Part shown: one piece after another, positions 1-9,530 of the stretch | Numbering within the stretch: position 1 is the first letter of the stretch | Layout of the letters: each line of letters opens with the position of its first letter | NCBI GenBank assembly: GCA_963843115.1 | Contig: CAWJJB010000007.1 | Location: 2,203,282-2,267,281 of the forward strand | Length of the DNA stretch: 64,000 nt | Direction of reading: 5' to 3' | Source of the DNA: an uncultured Gemmatimonadales bacterium | GTDB lineage: Bacteria > Gemmatimonadota > Gemmatimonadetes > Gemmatimonadales > GWC2-71-9 | Program-made: the position numbers and the translations under genes | Notes under the pieces: model-generated | Databases searched by the model: none | Told to the model about the DNA's origin: nothing | The model's input: only the letters and a program-made list of their open reading frames with translations

Positions 1-153
1 GACCGACGGCGGTGCAAGTGAAAGGGCCTCGGCGATCTGGCTGGTGGACGCGGCAGAGCCGTCCTCGGAGAGGCGATAGATGGCCTTGAGATAGTCCTCG
101 ACCGACCGGCTCAGTGGCTCGCGAGCGCCCTCGTCTCCTGCGATGGTGACCAT
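1..153 (-). CDS. DtxR/MntR-family metal-dependent repressor, N-terminal HTH part (gene runs off the left edge)
   Basis: Not in the ORF track because it is too short. The reverse complement of 1-153 reads MVTIAGDEGAREPLSRSVEDYLKAIYRLSEDGSAASTSQIAEALSLAPPSV. The EDYLKxIYxL...IAxxLxxxPPSV pattern is the DtxR-type winged-helix N-terminus. Confidence 0.6.
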   Translation of the reverse strand, partial: MVTIAGDEGAREPLSRSVEDYLKAIYRLSEDGSAASTSQIAEALSLAPPSV

Positions 154-216
154 CCTGGACGGAGGTGATTGGGGAGAATTAGCCCCGGACCCCAGCGGGC
201 GCAACGCGAGCCTGCG

Positions 217-819
217 TCATGCCCTGAGCAGGTCGCTCAGGATCCTTTCCGTCATGCCCCACACAGTACCTTCCGCCAGCCGGAACGCCGGGACCCGGAC
301 CTGTTCCGAGCGGATCATGACTTTCGCATTCGCATAGGTATCGGCACTGAGCAGGGTAGCGAGTGGCACCCAATGGGTTGCCGCGATCTCCTCGCTCAAT
401 CGCTCGGCTGCAATGCGGCGAGGCAGCCGGAAGACGTAGGGCCGCACGGCGATCGGTGGCAGCACCGGCGTTCGCGGAGCCATGTCGTCGAGCACGCCAA
501 CCAGCGATTCTGGTGGCAGCACCAGCCCCACCTCTTCATCCGTTTCCCTGATGGCCGTGAAGAGCAGGTCCTCGCCATCCTCCCGACGGCCACCGGGCAG
601 CGCCATCTGTCCCGACCAGGGATCACCTGATCGCTCGGCGCGGCGAACCAGCAGCAGTGCGTCAGGATCGGGCACGAGCACGATAGCCACCGCTGCCCAG
701 CGGAGCACCGGGACCGGCTCCACTTGCACTGGTGGACGCACGAAGCGACGCTGCAGGAGGGAATCGAGCAGGTCGCTCACGGCAGCGGAAACCCCCACAG
801 GTCCAACCCGTAGGGGCAC
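217..819 (-). CDS. NUDIX hydrolase (CoA pyrophosphatase-like)
   Basis: Nudix box GGRREDGEDLLFTAIRETDEEVGL in the 200-aa ORF. Confidence 0.8.
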   Translation of the reverse strand: MPLRVGPVGVSAAVSDLLDSLLQRRFVRPPVQVEPVPVLRWAAVAIVLVPDPDALLLVRRAERSGDPWSGQMALPGGRREDGEDLLFTAIRETDEEVGLVLPPESLVGVLDDMAPRTPVLPPIAVRPYVFRLPRRIAAERLSEEIAATHWVPLATLLSADTYANAKVMIRSEQVRVPAFRLAEGTVWGMTERILSDLLRA

Positions 820-855
820 AGATCGCTGCCAATCATCATTTCGGGAGACGTCTTC

Positions 856-1818
856 ATGATTCGCGCTGCTCTCCTCGCTGCCCTTGCCGGAGCCGTACCG
901 CTGCCGGTTACTCCTCCGGTCCTCCGGGAGTATGTGCTCTCACGACCGGGAAACTTCCCCCATGACCCGGCAGTTGGCGCCGACGGCATTGTCTGGTATA
1001 CCGACCAGACCAACAGTTACATCGGTCGGCTTGATCCGTCTACAGGAATCATTACGGACTTTCCGACTCCCACGCCCGGCTCGGGACCGCACGGCATCGT
1101 CGTGGCGCCCGACGGAGGGGTCTGGTACACCGGGCAACGCACCGGCATCATCGGACGGCTCGATCCCGCCACGAAGGAGATCGCGGAGTACAACCTGCCC
1201 TCCGAGACGGCGAACCCGCATACGCCCATCTGGTTCGACGACGCCGTGTGGTACACCGATGCGAACAACAACAGCTACGGCCGGCTCGATCCCGCCACCG
1301 GCAACGTGCGAACGTTCAACTGTCCCACCGGCGGCTCGGTGCCGTACGGCATCGTCTCTGCGCCCGACGGGCACATCTGGATCGCGATGCTGGGCACCAA
1401 CAAGCTCGGGCGTGTGGACACTTCGACAGGCGCCATGACGGAGTTCAACCTGCCGGAGGGTGCGCGGCCGCGCCGACTGCAGGTCGCCGCCAACGGGACG
1501 GTATGGTACACCGACTACCGGCGCGGCTTCCTCGGCGCCCTCGACCCAGCTACGTCGAAGATTCGGGAGTGGCCGTCGCCTGTTCCGGGGGAGGGGCCCT
1601 ACGGTATTGCCATCGCCCCCGACGGCGCGATCTGGTACAACCATGCGAAGGGCGATGCGATGACGCGGTTCGATCCCGTCACCGAGAAGTCCACGCAGCT
1701 GCAGATCCCGACCCCGGGTGCGGTGGTGCGCCACATGGTCACCGATTCGTCGCGCAACCGGATATGGCTCGCGCTCAGCGGCACCGGACGCATCGGAGTG
1801 ATCGAACTCGGGAGCTAG
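856..1818 (+). CDS. Vgb (virginiamycin B lyase)-like beta-propeller repeat protein, probable signal peptide
   Basis: Repeated blades of the form GPHGIVVAPDGGVWYT / VPYGIVSAPDGHIWIA / GPYGIAIAPDGAIWYN. N-terminus MIRAALLAALAGAV. Confidence 0.7.
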   Translation: MIRAALLAALAGAVPLPVTPPVLREYVLSRPGNFPHDPAVGADGIVWYTDQTNSYIGRLDPSTGIITDFPTPTPGSGPHGIVVAPDGGVWYTGQRTGIIGRLDPATKEIAEYNLPSETANPHTPIWFDDAVWYTDANNNSYGRLDPATGNVRTFNCPTGGSVPYGIVSAPDGHIWIAMLGTNKLGRVDTSTGAMTEFNLPEGARPRRLQVAANGTVWYTDYRRGFLGALDPATSKIREWPSPVPGEGPYGIAIAPDGAIWYNHAKGDAMTRFDPVTEKSTQLQIPTPGAVVRHMVTDSSRNRIWLALSGTGRIGVIELGS

Positions 1819-1822
1819 GCAA

Positions 1823-2665
1823 TCAGGCTTCGGCCCGGAGCACGAGCGCCTCGCTTGCGGCCCAGAACCGTCGCGCCAGCTCGGCGTCGTCAGCCACTGG
1901 ATTGGCGCGCGCAAGGCGGCGCTTGACGTAATAGCCGCCCGTGGCATCGCGCACGCTGGGCGACGTCGCAAGCCAGAGTGGCGTGTCGGCCCCCTGCTCC
2001 CAGCTTCCGGCGAACGCCGCAACCAGCGGGCGCAACAGCCGCGGCAGGTAGTTGAGCAACCCATCGGTGGCGATCACGCCCGGATGACAGCAGTTGGCGG
2101 TCACACCCGTGCCGGCGGTGCGTCGGGCCAGCTCCCGTGTAAAGACCACGTTCATCAGCTTCGTCTCCCCATACGCCCGCACGCCGCTGTAGCGCCGCCG
2201 CGTGGTCTGCAGGTCGTCGAATTCGATCGTCATCCCCCGCTGGGCCCCCGACGACACGGTGACTATGCGTGATGGTGCCCCGCGCTCGAGCGCAGGCAGC
2301 AGGCGGCGGGTCAGTGCAAACGGAGCCAGGTGATTGACGGCGAAGGTGAGCTCGTAACCGTCGGCACTCTCCGCACGCTGTTTCCGCGCGAGTGCCGCGT
2401 TGTTCACCAGTACATGCAGGGATGGATACTTCGCCACGATTTCCGCCGCGACACGGTGCACCTGTGACAAGCTGGAGAAATCCGCCGTCATCACGTCGAG
2501 CGCGTGGTTGCCAGTGCGTGAGGCGATCTCTTCCATCGCGCGTTCGCCGTCCTCTCGGCGGCGGCACACCAGGACGGTATGAAAATCAGCCCGGGCCAAC
2601 CCTTCCGCGATGGCGCGCCCGATGCCACGGTTGGCGCCGGTCACGACTGCGATGCGATCGGTCAC
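1823..2665 (-). CDS. short-chain dehydrogenase/reductase (SDR)
   Basis: VVTGANRGIGRAIA cofactor motif. Start trimmed to GTG 2665, which overlaps the upstream stop (GTGA). The ORF track extends to 2779. Confidence 0.85.
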   Translation of the reverse strand: MTDRIAVVTGANRGIGRAIAEGLARADFHTVLVCRRREDGERAMEEIASRTGNHALDVMTADFSSLSQVHRVAAEIVAKYPSLHVLVNNAALARKQRAESADGYELTFAVNHLAPFALTRRLLPALERGAPSRIVTVSSGAQRGMTIEFDDLQTTRRRYSGVRAYGETKLMNVVFTRELARRTAGTGVTANCCHPGVIATDGLLNYLPRLLRPLVAAFAGSWEQGADTPLWLATSPSVRDATGGYYVKRRLARANPVADDAELARRFWAASEALVLRAEA

Positions 2666-3498
2666 GCGAGGTACCTGGCAAACCACGCGACGCTCGCGGC
2701 GACCACCCGCTCCAGTTCCGGTGTGCTGCCGGCCCATGGGTGCCGCGCGCCGAAGGTATGCTGTCCCCCGGCAATCCACTCATGCCGGCTGGCTGGATGG
2801 CGCACCACCGCAGCGAGTCGCTCGCCTTCCTCGATCGGCACCGCCTCGTCGGCGTCCCCATGCAGCAGCAGCCAGGGTGCGGTAATGCGGCCGGCGGCGG
2901 CGAGGATATCGAGCCGGTCGGCGTGCCGCTCGTTGTCGTCCAGCACATCGGTGTAGAGCGGCAGGACCTCGCCGGTTCGCGCGTTGACGATGTCGTGCCG
3001 GCCAGACGCTCTCCACGCGTCCATGACTGCGGCTGGCCAGCGGTTCACGTCGGCAATGGACGCCCACGTTACCAGGGCGGTGATTCGCGCGTCGCGCGCC
3101 GCGGTGAGGATCACCACGCCACCGCCCCTCGAATGGCCCAGCACCCCGATGCTCGATGGCGGCACAACATCCAGCGATCCGGCCGACAGGGCATCGATGA
3201 CCCGCTCGAGGTCGGTGATCGCGGCACTGATGGTGTCGTGGCCGAACCGCTCGGGATAGACGAACCGGCCTTCCGCGTCCACGCCCGCGCCGCTCAGGTT
3301 GAGGCTCACCGACACAAATCCTGCCTTGGCGAGGCGATCGGCCAACGGGGGAAACATCCCCCAGTCCTTGAAGCCCTTGAATCCGTGCACCACAACCACT
3401 GCGGGGCGCGGCATGTCACGGCCCGCCGCGCGCACGTCCACGTGGATCGGGCCGAGGACGCCGGCAACCTCGTGCGTGGTGAGCGTTGGCGTCGCCAT
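2662..3498 (-). CDS. alpha/beta hydrolase (dienelactone-hydrolase/peptidase S9-like)
   Basis: VVVVHGFKG and nucleophile elbow GHSRGG. ATG 3498 overlaps the upstream TGA by 1 nt. Confidence 0.8.
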   Translation of the reverse strand: MATPTLTTHEVAGVLGPIHVDVRAAGRDMPRPAVVVVHGFKGFKDWGMFPPLADRLAKAGFVSVSLNLSGAGVDAEGRFVYPERFGHDTISAAITDLERVIDALSAGSLDVVPPSSIGVLGHSRGGGVVILTAARDARITALVTWASIADVNRWPAAVMDAWRASGRHDIVNARTGEVLPLYTDVLDDNERHADRLDILAAAGRITAPWLLLHGDADEAVPIEEGERLAAVVRHPASRHEWIAGGQHTFGARHPWAGSTPELERVVAASVAWFARYLA

Positions 3499-4463
3499 CA
3501 GGTCACTGCCCGCTCGAGCAGGTCGACGTCGCCGGAAGTGGCATCGAGGCGGGCCCGCACACCCAGTGGCAGCGTCCACTGGTCATCGATGTGGCCTACC
3601 GGAAATCCATGGGCGACGGGGACGCCGAGTCCACCGAAGTAGTGCTGCAGGACTTCATCGAACCCGAATGCGCCGTCACTGGTTCCCTGCGACATTTCGG
3701 TGAACCGACCCACCAGCACGCCGGCGAGCTGGCGAAACGCGCCGAGAGCCGACAGGTGGGCGAACATCCGATCCACCCGGTAGAGCGCCTCACCGACATC
3801 TTCGAGGAAGAGGATGGCGCCGGTCAGGTCGGGAAAGTACGGCGTGCCGGCCAGGCACTGGAGCAATGAGAGGTTGCCGCCCAGCAGGGGACCTTCGGCC
3901 ACCCCGCCCCGCAGTGTAACAATGCGGTTCTGGCGGGCTGCATGCACCCCGGCAGGCTGCGGCAACCGTTCGAGCCTCCCGACGGGCTCCGCGATCCGGA
4001 GTACCTGGTCGAAGTGCCTGAGGCTGAACTCGGGCATCGGCTGGCGGGCGGTGGGGCCGTGAAAGGCGACCACGCCGGCCTGGCTCAGCGCCCCATGCAG
4101 CAGGGCCGTGATGTCGGAGAAGCCGATGATGGCCTTCGGGTGCTTTCGCAGGGCGGCGAAGTCCACCTGATGGAGGATCCGGGTGATGCCATAGCCTCCG
4201 CGCACGCACCAGATCGCATCGATGGCGGGGTCCCTGAGGGCCGCATTGAGGTCTGCGACCCGATCGGCATCGTTTCCGGCGAGGTAGCCCCATCGGTCCC
4301 GGACGTGCTCGCCGGGCGTCGCCTCGAGGCCAAGGGCGTGGCACAGTTCGAGCGAGCGGGTTATGTCATCCTGTTCCAGGCATGGGCCCGAGGGCGCCAC
4401 GATTGCCACGCGGGCGCCGGGCGCAAGGCGCGGCGGCTTTGTCACGGGTTTTGACCGGGTCAT
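3498..4463 (-). CDS. LD-carboxypeptidase (peptidase S66, LdcA/MccF family)
   Basis: IIGFSDITALL nucleophile motif and C-terminal HGFPVGH. Start ambiguous between 4463 and 4493. Confidence 0.8.
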   Translation of the reverse strand: MTRSKPVTKPPRLAPGARVAIVAPSGPCLEQDDITRSLELCHALGLEATPGEHVRDRWGYLAGNDADRVADLNAALRDPAIDAIWCVRGGYGITRILHQVDFAALRKHPKAIIGFSDITALLHGALSQAGVVAFHGPTARQPMPEFSLRHFDQVLRIAEPVGRLERLPQPAGVHAARQNRIVTLRGGVAEGPLLGGNLSLLQCLAGTPYFPDLTGAILFLEDVGEALYRVDRMFAHLSALGAFRQLAGVLVGRFTEMSQGTSDGAFGFDEVLQHYFGGLGVPVAHGFPVGHIDDQWTLPLGVRARLDATSGDVDLLERAVT

Positions 4464-5069
4464 ATGAGCCAATATAGATTGCCGCCGCACCACCTAAGGA
4501 GAACCGCCCTGCGCGCATCCCAGCCAGCGCTGTTGGCAGCCGGTCGTATCATCGCCGAGTCCCGGGACGCCCTCTTCGGCGACTGGTCGCGGCGTCTGGG
4601 AGACAAGCTCGCTGCAACGGGCATGATTCCCCGGGCCTTCATCGAGCGCCAGTTCCGGCTCCTGGTCGACCTCACGGGCCAGAGCGTGGGCCCGTTTCGG
4701 CGCGAAGTCATGCCGATCTGGGTCAAGGCGTGCGAGCAGTACGGCCGCGTCGGCTCCATGCGCGGCCTGGCCGCTGGCGAAGTGGTCGAGGAACTGCAAC
4801 ACCTCCGCGACATCCTCACGCTGCGCCTTGCCCCGATCGTCACCACGCTTCGGCCCCGCCAGGCCCTGGCCATCATGCTTCGCCTCAACCGGCTTGTCGA
4901 CCGCGGCATCTCCACTGCGGTGGTGGGCTATACCGACGCCCTCGTCGCCACACTGTTCGCCCGTAACGGGGTCCCCGTCGCCGACGATGCGGAGCACGAG
5001 CTCGAGGAACTCGACCGCCACCTCGCCCACCTCGAAGGCGAACTCGCCGACCTGTCGCACCACAGCTGA
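4464..5069 (+). CDS. hypothetical protein (helical; coiled-coil C-terminus)
   Basis: 201-aa ORF with protein-like composition. Its stop overlaps the GT2 start (TGATG). No motif recognised with confidence. Confidence 0.5.
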   Translation: MSQYRLPPHHLRRTALRASQPALLAAGRIIAESRDALFGDWSRRLGDKLAATGMIPRAFIERQFRLLVDLTGQSVGPFRREVMPIWVKACEQYGRVGSMRGLAAGEVVEELQHLRDILTLRLAPIVTTLRPRQALAIMLRLNRLVDRGISTAVVGYTDALVATLFARNGVPVADDAEHELEELDRHLAHLEGELADLSHHS

Positions 5070-6259
5070 TGGCAACGGCGGCATGGCTCGCTGCGCTCCC
5101 CTGGGCGGCGCCCCTGCTCGGGATTGCGCGCCTCGCGCGCAGCAAGCCAAGCCTCAACGACGTGGCGCCGGCATCCGGCGTGAGTGTCAGCGTCATCATC
5201 CCCGCCCGCAACGAATCGGCCCAGATCGAAACCGTGCTCGCCTCGGTGCTCGCGTCCACCTGCACACCGCTCGAGGTGATCGTGGTGGACGACCGCTCCA
5301 CGGACGACACCGCCCGCAAGGTCTCGGCGCTGGCCGCCACCGATGCCCGGCTCCGCCTCGTCCCCGGCCGCGCGCTGCCGCGAGGCTGGTATGGAAAGCC
5401 CTGGGCCTGCCAGCAGGGCGCCGACGCCGCGACCGGCGAGGTCCTGGTCTTCACCGACGCCGACACGAAGCATCATCCCGAGTTGCTCTCGCGCGCCGTG
5501 GCCATGCTCCGGCAGTCGGGGGCCGACCTGCTCACGGTGGCACCGCGCCAGCTGGTGCTGAGCTTCTGGGAGCGCGTCATCATGCCGCAGGTGTGGGTCA
5601 TGCTTGGCATCCGATACCACCCGAGCAGCGTCAACAAGGCCACCAGCCCGCTAGGCGTTGTGGCAAACGGCCAGTTCATGATGTTCTCGAGGAGCAGCTA
5701 CGCCGCCATCGGGGGACATGCAGCGGTGCGGGGCGAGGTTGTCGAGGACCTGGCGATGGCGCAGCGGGTCGTAGGCATGGGCCGCAAGCTTTATTTCGCC
5801 TTCGCGTATGACCTCATGGAAACACGGATGTACCAGGACCTGCGCCAGGTGGTCGAGGGCTGGTCCAAGAACATCTTCATCGGTTCGCGCATCTCGCTCG
5901 GCCGGAACCCGGTACTCCGGCTCCTCGGCCCGGTGCTCATGGCGCTCTACGGGGTCTTCTGGCTGGTGCCGCCGATCGCCCTGGTCTCCGCGCTCGTCGG
6001 GCAGACGCCGGCGCTCCTCGCGCCCGCCGCCATCGCGACGGGCCTCTCGGTGCTATTCTGGTCGCTGATCAGCTTCGGCATGCAGGCGCCGGCGTGGTAC
6101 GGGCTCCTGTATCCACTCGGCGCCAGCATGTTCCTGGTGATCCTCGCGCGCTCTGCATGGCGGGGCACCCGGCGCGTGGAGTGGCGCGGCCGGGTGTACG
6201 ACGAGGTTACCGGCTTCGCTACTGAACCCGTTCCGCCTTCAGGCCCTGCGCCGGGATAG
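5069..6259 (+). CDS. membrane glycosyltransferase family 2
   Basis: VSVIIPARNES...VIVVDDRSTDDT...FTDADT motifs (GT-A DxD), flanked by TM segments. Confidence 0.8.
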   Translation: MATAAWLAALPWAAPLLGIARLARSKPSLNDVAPASGVSVSVIIPARNESAQIETVLASVLASTCTPLEVIVVDDRSTDDTARKVSALAATDARLRLVPGRALPRGWYGKPWACQQGADAATGEVLVFTDADTKHHPELLSRAVAMLRQSGADLLTVAPRQLVLSFWERVIMPQVWVMLGIRYHPSSVNKATSPLGVVANGQFMMFSRSSYAAIGGHAAVRGEVVEDLAMAQRVVGMGRKLYFAFAYDLMETRMYQDLRQVVEGWSKNIFIGSRISLGRNPVLRLLGPVLMALYGVFWLVPPIALVSALVGQTPALLAPAAIATGLSVLFWSLISFGMQAPAWYGLLYPLGASMFLVILARSAWRGTRRVEWRGRVYDEVTGFATEPVPPSGPAPG

Positions 6260-6896
6260 CCGCCGAGAGCAGCCGACCATCCGACGCCAGCACCAGGTCC
6301 ATTTCCACCTCACCGATTCTCAGCTCGGCCTTCCCATCCGGCTGCTGCACCAATGTTCCGCGCGCCGTCTGCCCCCCGCCCAGGTTGAAGAAATAGACCG
6401 TCAGGCCGAGTGAGTCCCGCTTCGCCGACAGCTCGGCCTGCCGCAGCCCCACCTCAAGCATGCCGAAGGAAAGGTTGAGGTACGGCACCACCCCGACCTC
6501 CGACTGGAAGATGCGGGTGATGAGCCCGTTGGAGGTCATCTGGTCCACTGAGACAGAATCCCCCTTCACGATGATGCGCGCCCGGGACAGGATGTTGGCC
6601 TTCATGCGCGGGTCGGGCGGCTTCTGCGATTCCATTACCTCGACAAGCGGTACGCTGCCATCGGGCGCGGTGACGAGCGACCAGGTGTCCGCGACATCCT
6701 TCCGGCCGGAGACAGCGAGCGTGCCACTCCAGGTGACATCCGAGCGCTGGAAACGCTCCGTCGCCACGGTGTCCTGGTTCTTCATGATGACGAAACCCGC
6801 CGAGTCGGCGCTCGTTGCGGCCATCGACTGCGCCGCCAACGGTGCGGTGGAAACCAGCGCTCCTGCCACCAGACCAACGATCATCCTGCCCTGCAT
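6219..6896 (-). CDS. hypothetical secreted protein
   Basis: Start trimmed to MQGRMIVGLVAGALVSTAPLAAQS (signal peptide). Convergent 41-nt overlap with the GT2 3' end. Confidence 0.55.
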   Translation of the reverse strand: MQGRMIVGLVAGALVSTAPLAAQSMAATSADSAGFVIMKNQDTVATERFQRSDVTWSGTLAVSGRKDVADTWSLVTAPDGSVPLVEVMESQKPPDPRMKANILSRARIIVKGDSVSVDQMTSNGLITRIFQSEVGVVPYLNLSFGMLEVGLRQAELSAKRDSLGLTVYFFNLGGGQTARGTLVQQPDGKAELRIGEVEMDLVLASDGRLLSAAIPAQGLKAERVQ

Positions 6897-7046
6897 GGTG
6901 ATCCTCCATTGAGTCAGTTGACGCGGCAGAAGTCTTACCCCATGAGCCCCGGAACGGAACAGGCGATGGATTGATCCGCCCCGCAGCGCGATGGTGCCGC
7001 TCGCTCCCGGGACGCGAGGCATGATGCGCTATCCAAGGGGCGTACC

Positions 7047-9530
7047 ATGCCAATTGCAGCACTGCTTCCACAGTCCACCACCTGGTCCGGGCTCCGCCGC
7101 CTCCTGTCGGCGCTCGAAGTAGATGGCGCCTGGCATTCGCTCGACCCGGCCAGTATAGACGCGGCGGCGGCTGAGGTGCTCAGCATGGCCACGCTGGAAG
7201 CACAGCGCGGCCTGCCCTGGATAACGCTGGTGGCTCGCGATGCCCGCATTGCGTGCCGCGCCGTGGCGCGCGCACGCGCGGCACTCGGCAGGCCCGCCGG
7301 GGTGGCCTGCGTTGACGCAGCCCATCGACGTATCTGCTTCACCGTGGCCATCGACCGCCCACCGCTGCTCGAGGTCTCGCTCGATCAGCCCGACCCCGCC
7401 GCCGTCGCAGCACTGGAGCGCATCGCGTCCCTTCGCGAGCTGGCGCCACTCGAGGCGGCGGTGCGGCTGGCGGACATCCTCTCCATCGAGCCACTTGGCA
7501 CACGGTTCTTTCGCCAGTTCCGCCTCACCTTCGAGCGGTTCCGCAGTGCGATGCCGCCAGGCCCGTCGCCAGCGGACCGCGACGCACTCGCGCTCTTGCA
7601 ACTCAACCGGGTGCTCTTCCTCTACTTCGTGCAGAGCAAGGGCTGGCTCGACGGGCGCACCGACTTCATGGCGCGCTCGGTGGACGACTGTCTGTCCCGT
7701 CGGCGCTCCCTGCAGCGCGACCTGCTGCGGCCACTGTTCTTCGGCGCACTGAACCGTCCCGCCGCGGAGCGGGGCTCGGTTGCGCGGAGGCTTGGCAGCA
7801 TTCCCTTCCTGAATGGCGGCCTCTTCGAGCCCCACGCACTCGAACAGCGCTGGAAGGTGGATATCCCCGGCCCCACATGGCGCGACGCCTTCGACAACCT
7901 CTTCGAGAGTTTTCACTTCACCACCAGGGAAGATGACGGCAGCGTGGTGGCGCCCGACATGCTCGGCCGCGTGTTCGAGGGTCTGATGGACCCGGAACAT
8001 CGCCACCATTCAGGCACTTACTACACACCATCGATGCTGGTCCGGGAGCTTGTGGACACGGCGCTCGAGATACACGCGAGGCATTCCGCCGTGCCGATCG
8101 CCGAGCTGACCCTGCTCGATCCAGCGGTCGGCTCCGGTGCATTCCTGCTTGGCGCGCTCGAGCGCATTGCGCGGCTCACACAGTTGCCGAACGAGGGCGC
8201 CGCCGGCGCCAGGCGGCGCGTGCTCGCCCGAAACCTCTTCGGCGTCGATCTCGACCCGACCGCGGTACGCCTTGCCGAACTGCGCCTCTGGCTCGCGGTC
8301 ATCGCCGACGACGACACCGTCGATCCGGCGGCGGTGCCTCCCCTGCCCAACCTCGACGCCGTGGTACGACAGGGAGATTCCCTGTGGACCCGCGAGGGAC
8401 TGCAGCGTCCCGACCCCGCCGCCGCCGTGCGGTTGCGCCACGCACGGCAGGCGGCGATCACCGCAGCCGGTGGTGCCAAGCGTCCCGCGCTGCGCGCACT
8501 CCGGAAGGCGGAAGAATCCGCCGAGGCTTCCTCCCTGGCGCGATCGACCGAGTCTGCCGAGGCGAGGATCGGCGAGATCCTGCAACTGGCGCGAGCGGAG
8601 ACGCTCTTCGGGGAGCGGCGTGGCCTGGCGCGCGAGGAGAAGGCGCAGCTTGCGGCGGTCCGTGAGGAGCGGCGCCGGCTCTGCGCCGCCCGCCGCCGGC
8701 TGCAGCGCGACGGCGCATTGCCGGCCTTCGACTACGCGGTGCATTTCGCCGACGTCATGGCTGCAGGCGGGTTCGACATTGTCGTGGGCAACCCGCCCTG
8801 GGTGCGAAGCGAGGCACTGCCTCGCCAGCTGCGCGAGCGACTCGCCGAGCGGTACCGGTGGTTCCGGCCCGCGGCTGGCCGCGGCTACCGCAACTATCCC
8901 GACCTGTCTGTCGCCTTCGTGGAGCGCGCGCTCGAGCTCACCCGCGAGAGCGGGGTGACCGCCCTGCTCGTTCCGGCAAAGCTCCGGCACGCGGGGTACG
9001 CCGCGACCCTTCGCCGCTCCCTGGTCGCGTCCACCACCCTCGAGGTCGTGGCCGATACTCCTTCCGGAGACGCGAAGGCCTTCGACGCAACGGTGTACCC
9101 GATGGCACTGGTGACGCGCAACACTCCGCCGGGGGCGGGCCAGCGCACAGGCACCGCGCTGGGAGCGATGACAACGGGAGTCCTGCAGGCGTCGCTCGAG
9201 GGCGATGGACCCTGGATGCTGGCTGGAGCGGTCGTGGGGAATGTCACGTCGCGCCTGGCGACGGGAACACTCGCCGCTCGGCGAGCGATGGAAGTGCCAG
9301 CTGGGAGTGAAGACTGGCGCGGACAGCGTGTTTCTCGCCGCGAAACCCGATATCGAGCCGCAGTTGATGCGACGGGCAGTGCGCGGCCGCGACATCAGGA
9401 CGGGTCAGGTCAATCCGGTGAAGTGGCTCCGGTGGCCCTGCGACGCAGCAGGCGAACCACTGCTCGTGCTGCCACCCCGCGCTGCCGCGTACTTCAAGCC
9501 CCTTCGGGCCCGGCTGTGTCGGCGCTCTGA
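7047..9530 (+). CDS. N6-adenine DNA methyltransferase, Eco57I/type-IIG-like (frame 3; real coding probably ends near 9265)
   Basis: Helical N-region LNRVLFLYFVQSKGWL, IPFLNGGLFE, YYTP. Motif I LLDPAVGSGAFLLGA and motif IV VVGNPPWV. After about nt 9265 the frame-3 translation turns into Arg/Ala-rich nonsense, while frame 1 carries the expected C-terminal motifs. Confidence 0.8.
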   Translation: MPIAALLPQSTTWSGLRRLLSALEVDGAWHSLDPASIDAAAAEVLSMATLEAQRGLPWITLVARDARIACRAVARARAALGRPAGVACVDAAHRRICFTVAIDRPPLLEVSLDQPDPAAVAALERIASLRELAPLEAAVRLADILSIEPLGTRFFRQFRLTFERFRSAMPPGPSPADRDALALLQLNRVLFLYFVQSKGWLDGRTDFMARSVDDCLSRRRSLQRDLLRPLFFGALNRPAAERGSVARRLGSIPFLNGGLFEPHALEQRWKVDIPGPTWRDAFDNLFESFHFTTREDDGSVVAPDMLGRVFEGLMDPEHRHHSGTYYTPSMLVRELVDTALEIHARHSAVPIAELTLLDPAVGSGAFLLGALERIARLTQLPNEGAAGARRRVLARNLFGVDLDPTAVRLAELRLWLAVIADDDTVDPAAVPPLPNLDAVVRQGDSLWTREGLQRPDPAAAVRLRHARQAAITAAGGAKRPALRALRKAEESAEASSLARSTESAEARIGEILQLARAETLFGERRGLAREEKAQLAAVREERRRLCAARRRLQRDGALPAFDYAVHFADVMAAGGFDIVVGNPPWVRSEALPRQLRERLAERYRWFRPAAGRGYRNYPDLSVAFVERALELTRESGVTALLVPAKLRHAGYAATLRRSLVASTTLEVVADTPSGDAKAFDATVYPMALVTRNTPPGAGQRTGTALGAMTTGVLQASLEGDGPWMLAGAVVGNVTSRLATGTLAARRAMEVPAGSEDWRGQRVSRRETRYRAAVDATGSARPRHQDGSGQSGEVAPVALRRSRRTTARAATPRCRVLQAPSGPAVSAL

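Noticed and set aside
940-2064. Long antisense or alternate-frame ORFs throughout the track, for example 940-2064(-), 2392-3642(+), 8010-9395(-), 21243-22817(+), 27409-28881(-), 35938-36990(+), 51645-53033(-), 58394-59725(-), 62182-63990(+), 62660-63988(-).
   Set aside because: Their translations are Arg/Ala/Gly/Pro-rich with no motifs, and each lies opposite or out of frame to a gene with clear family signatures. These are typical shadow ORFs of high-GC DNA.
4461-4466. CATATG, where the divergent LD-carboxypeptidase and hypothetical gene would have abutting start codons with zero intergenic space.
   Set aside because: This is probably a start-codon assignment ambiguity (the alternative LdcA start at 4493, or a later start for the plus-strand ORF) rather than biology. 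It cannot be resolved without TSS or proteomic data.
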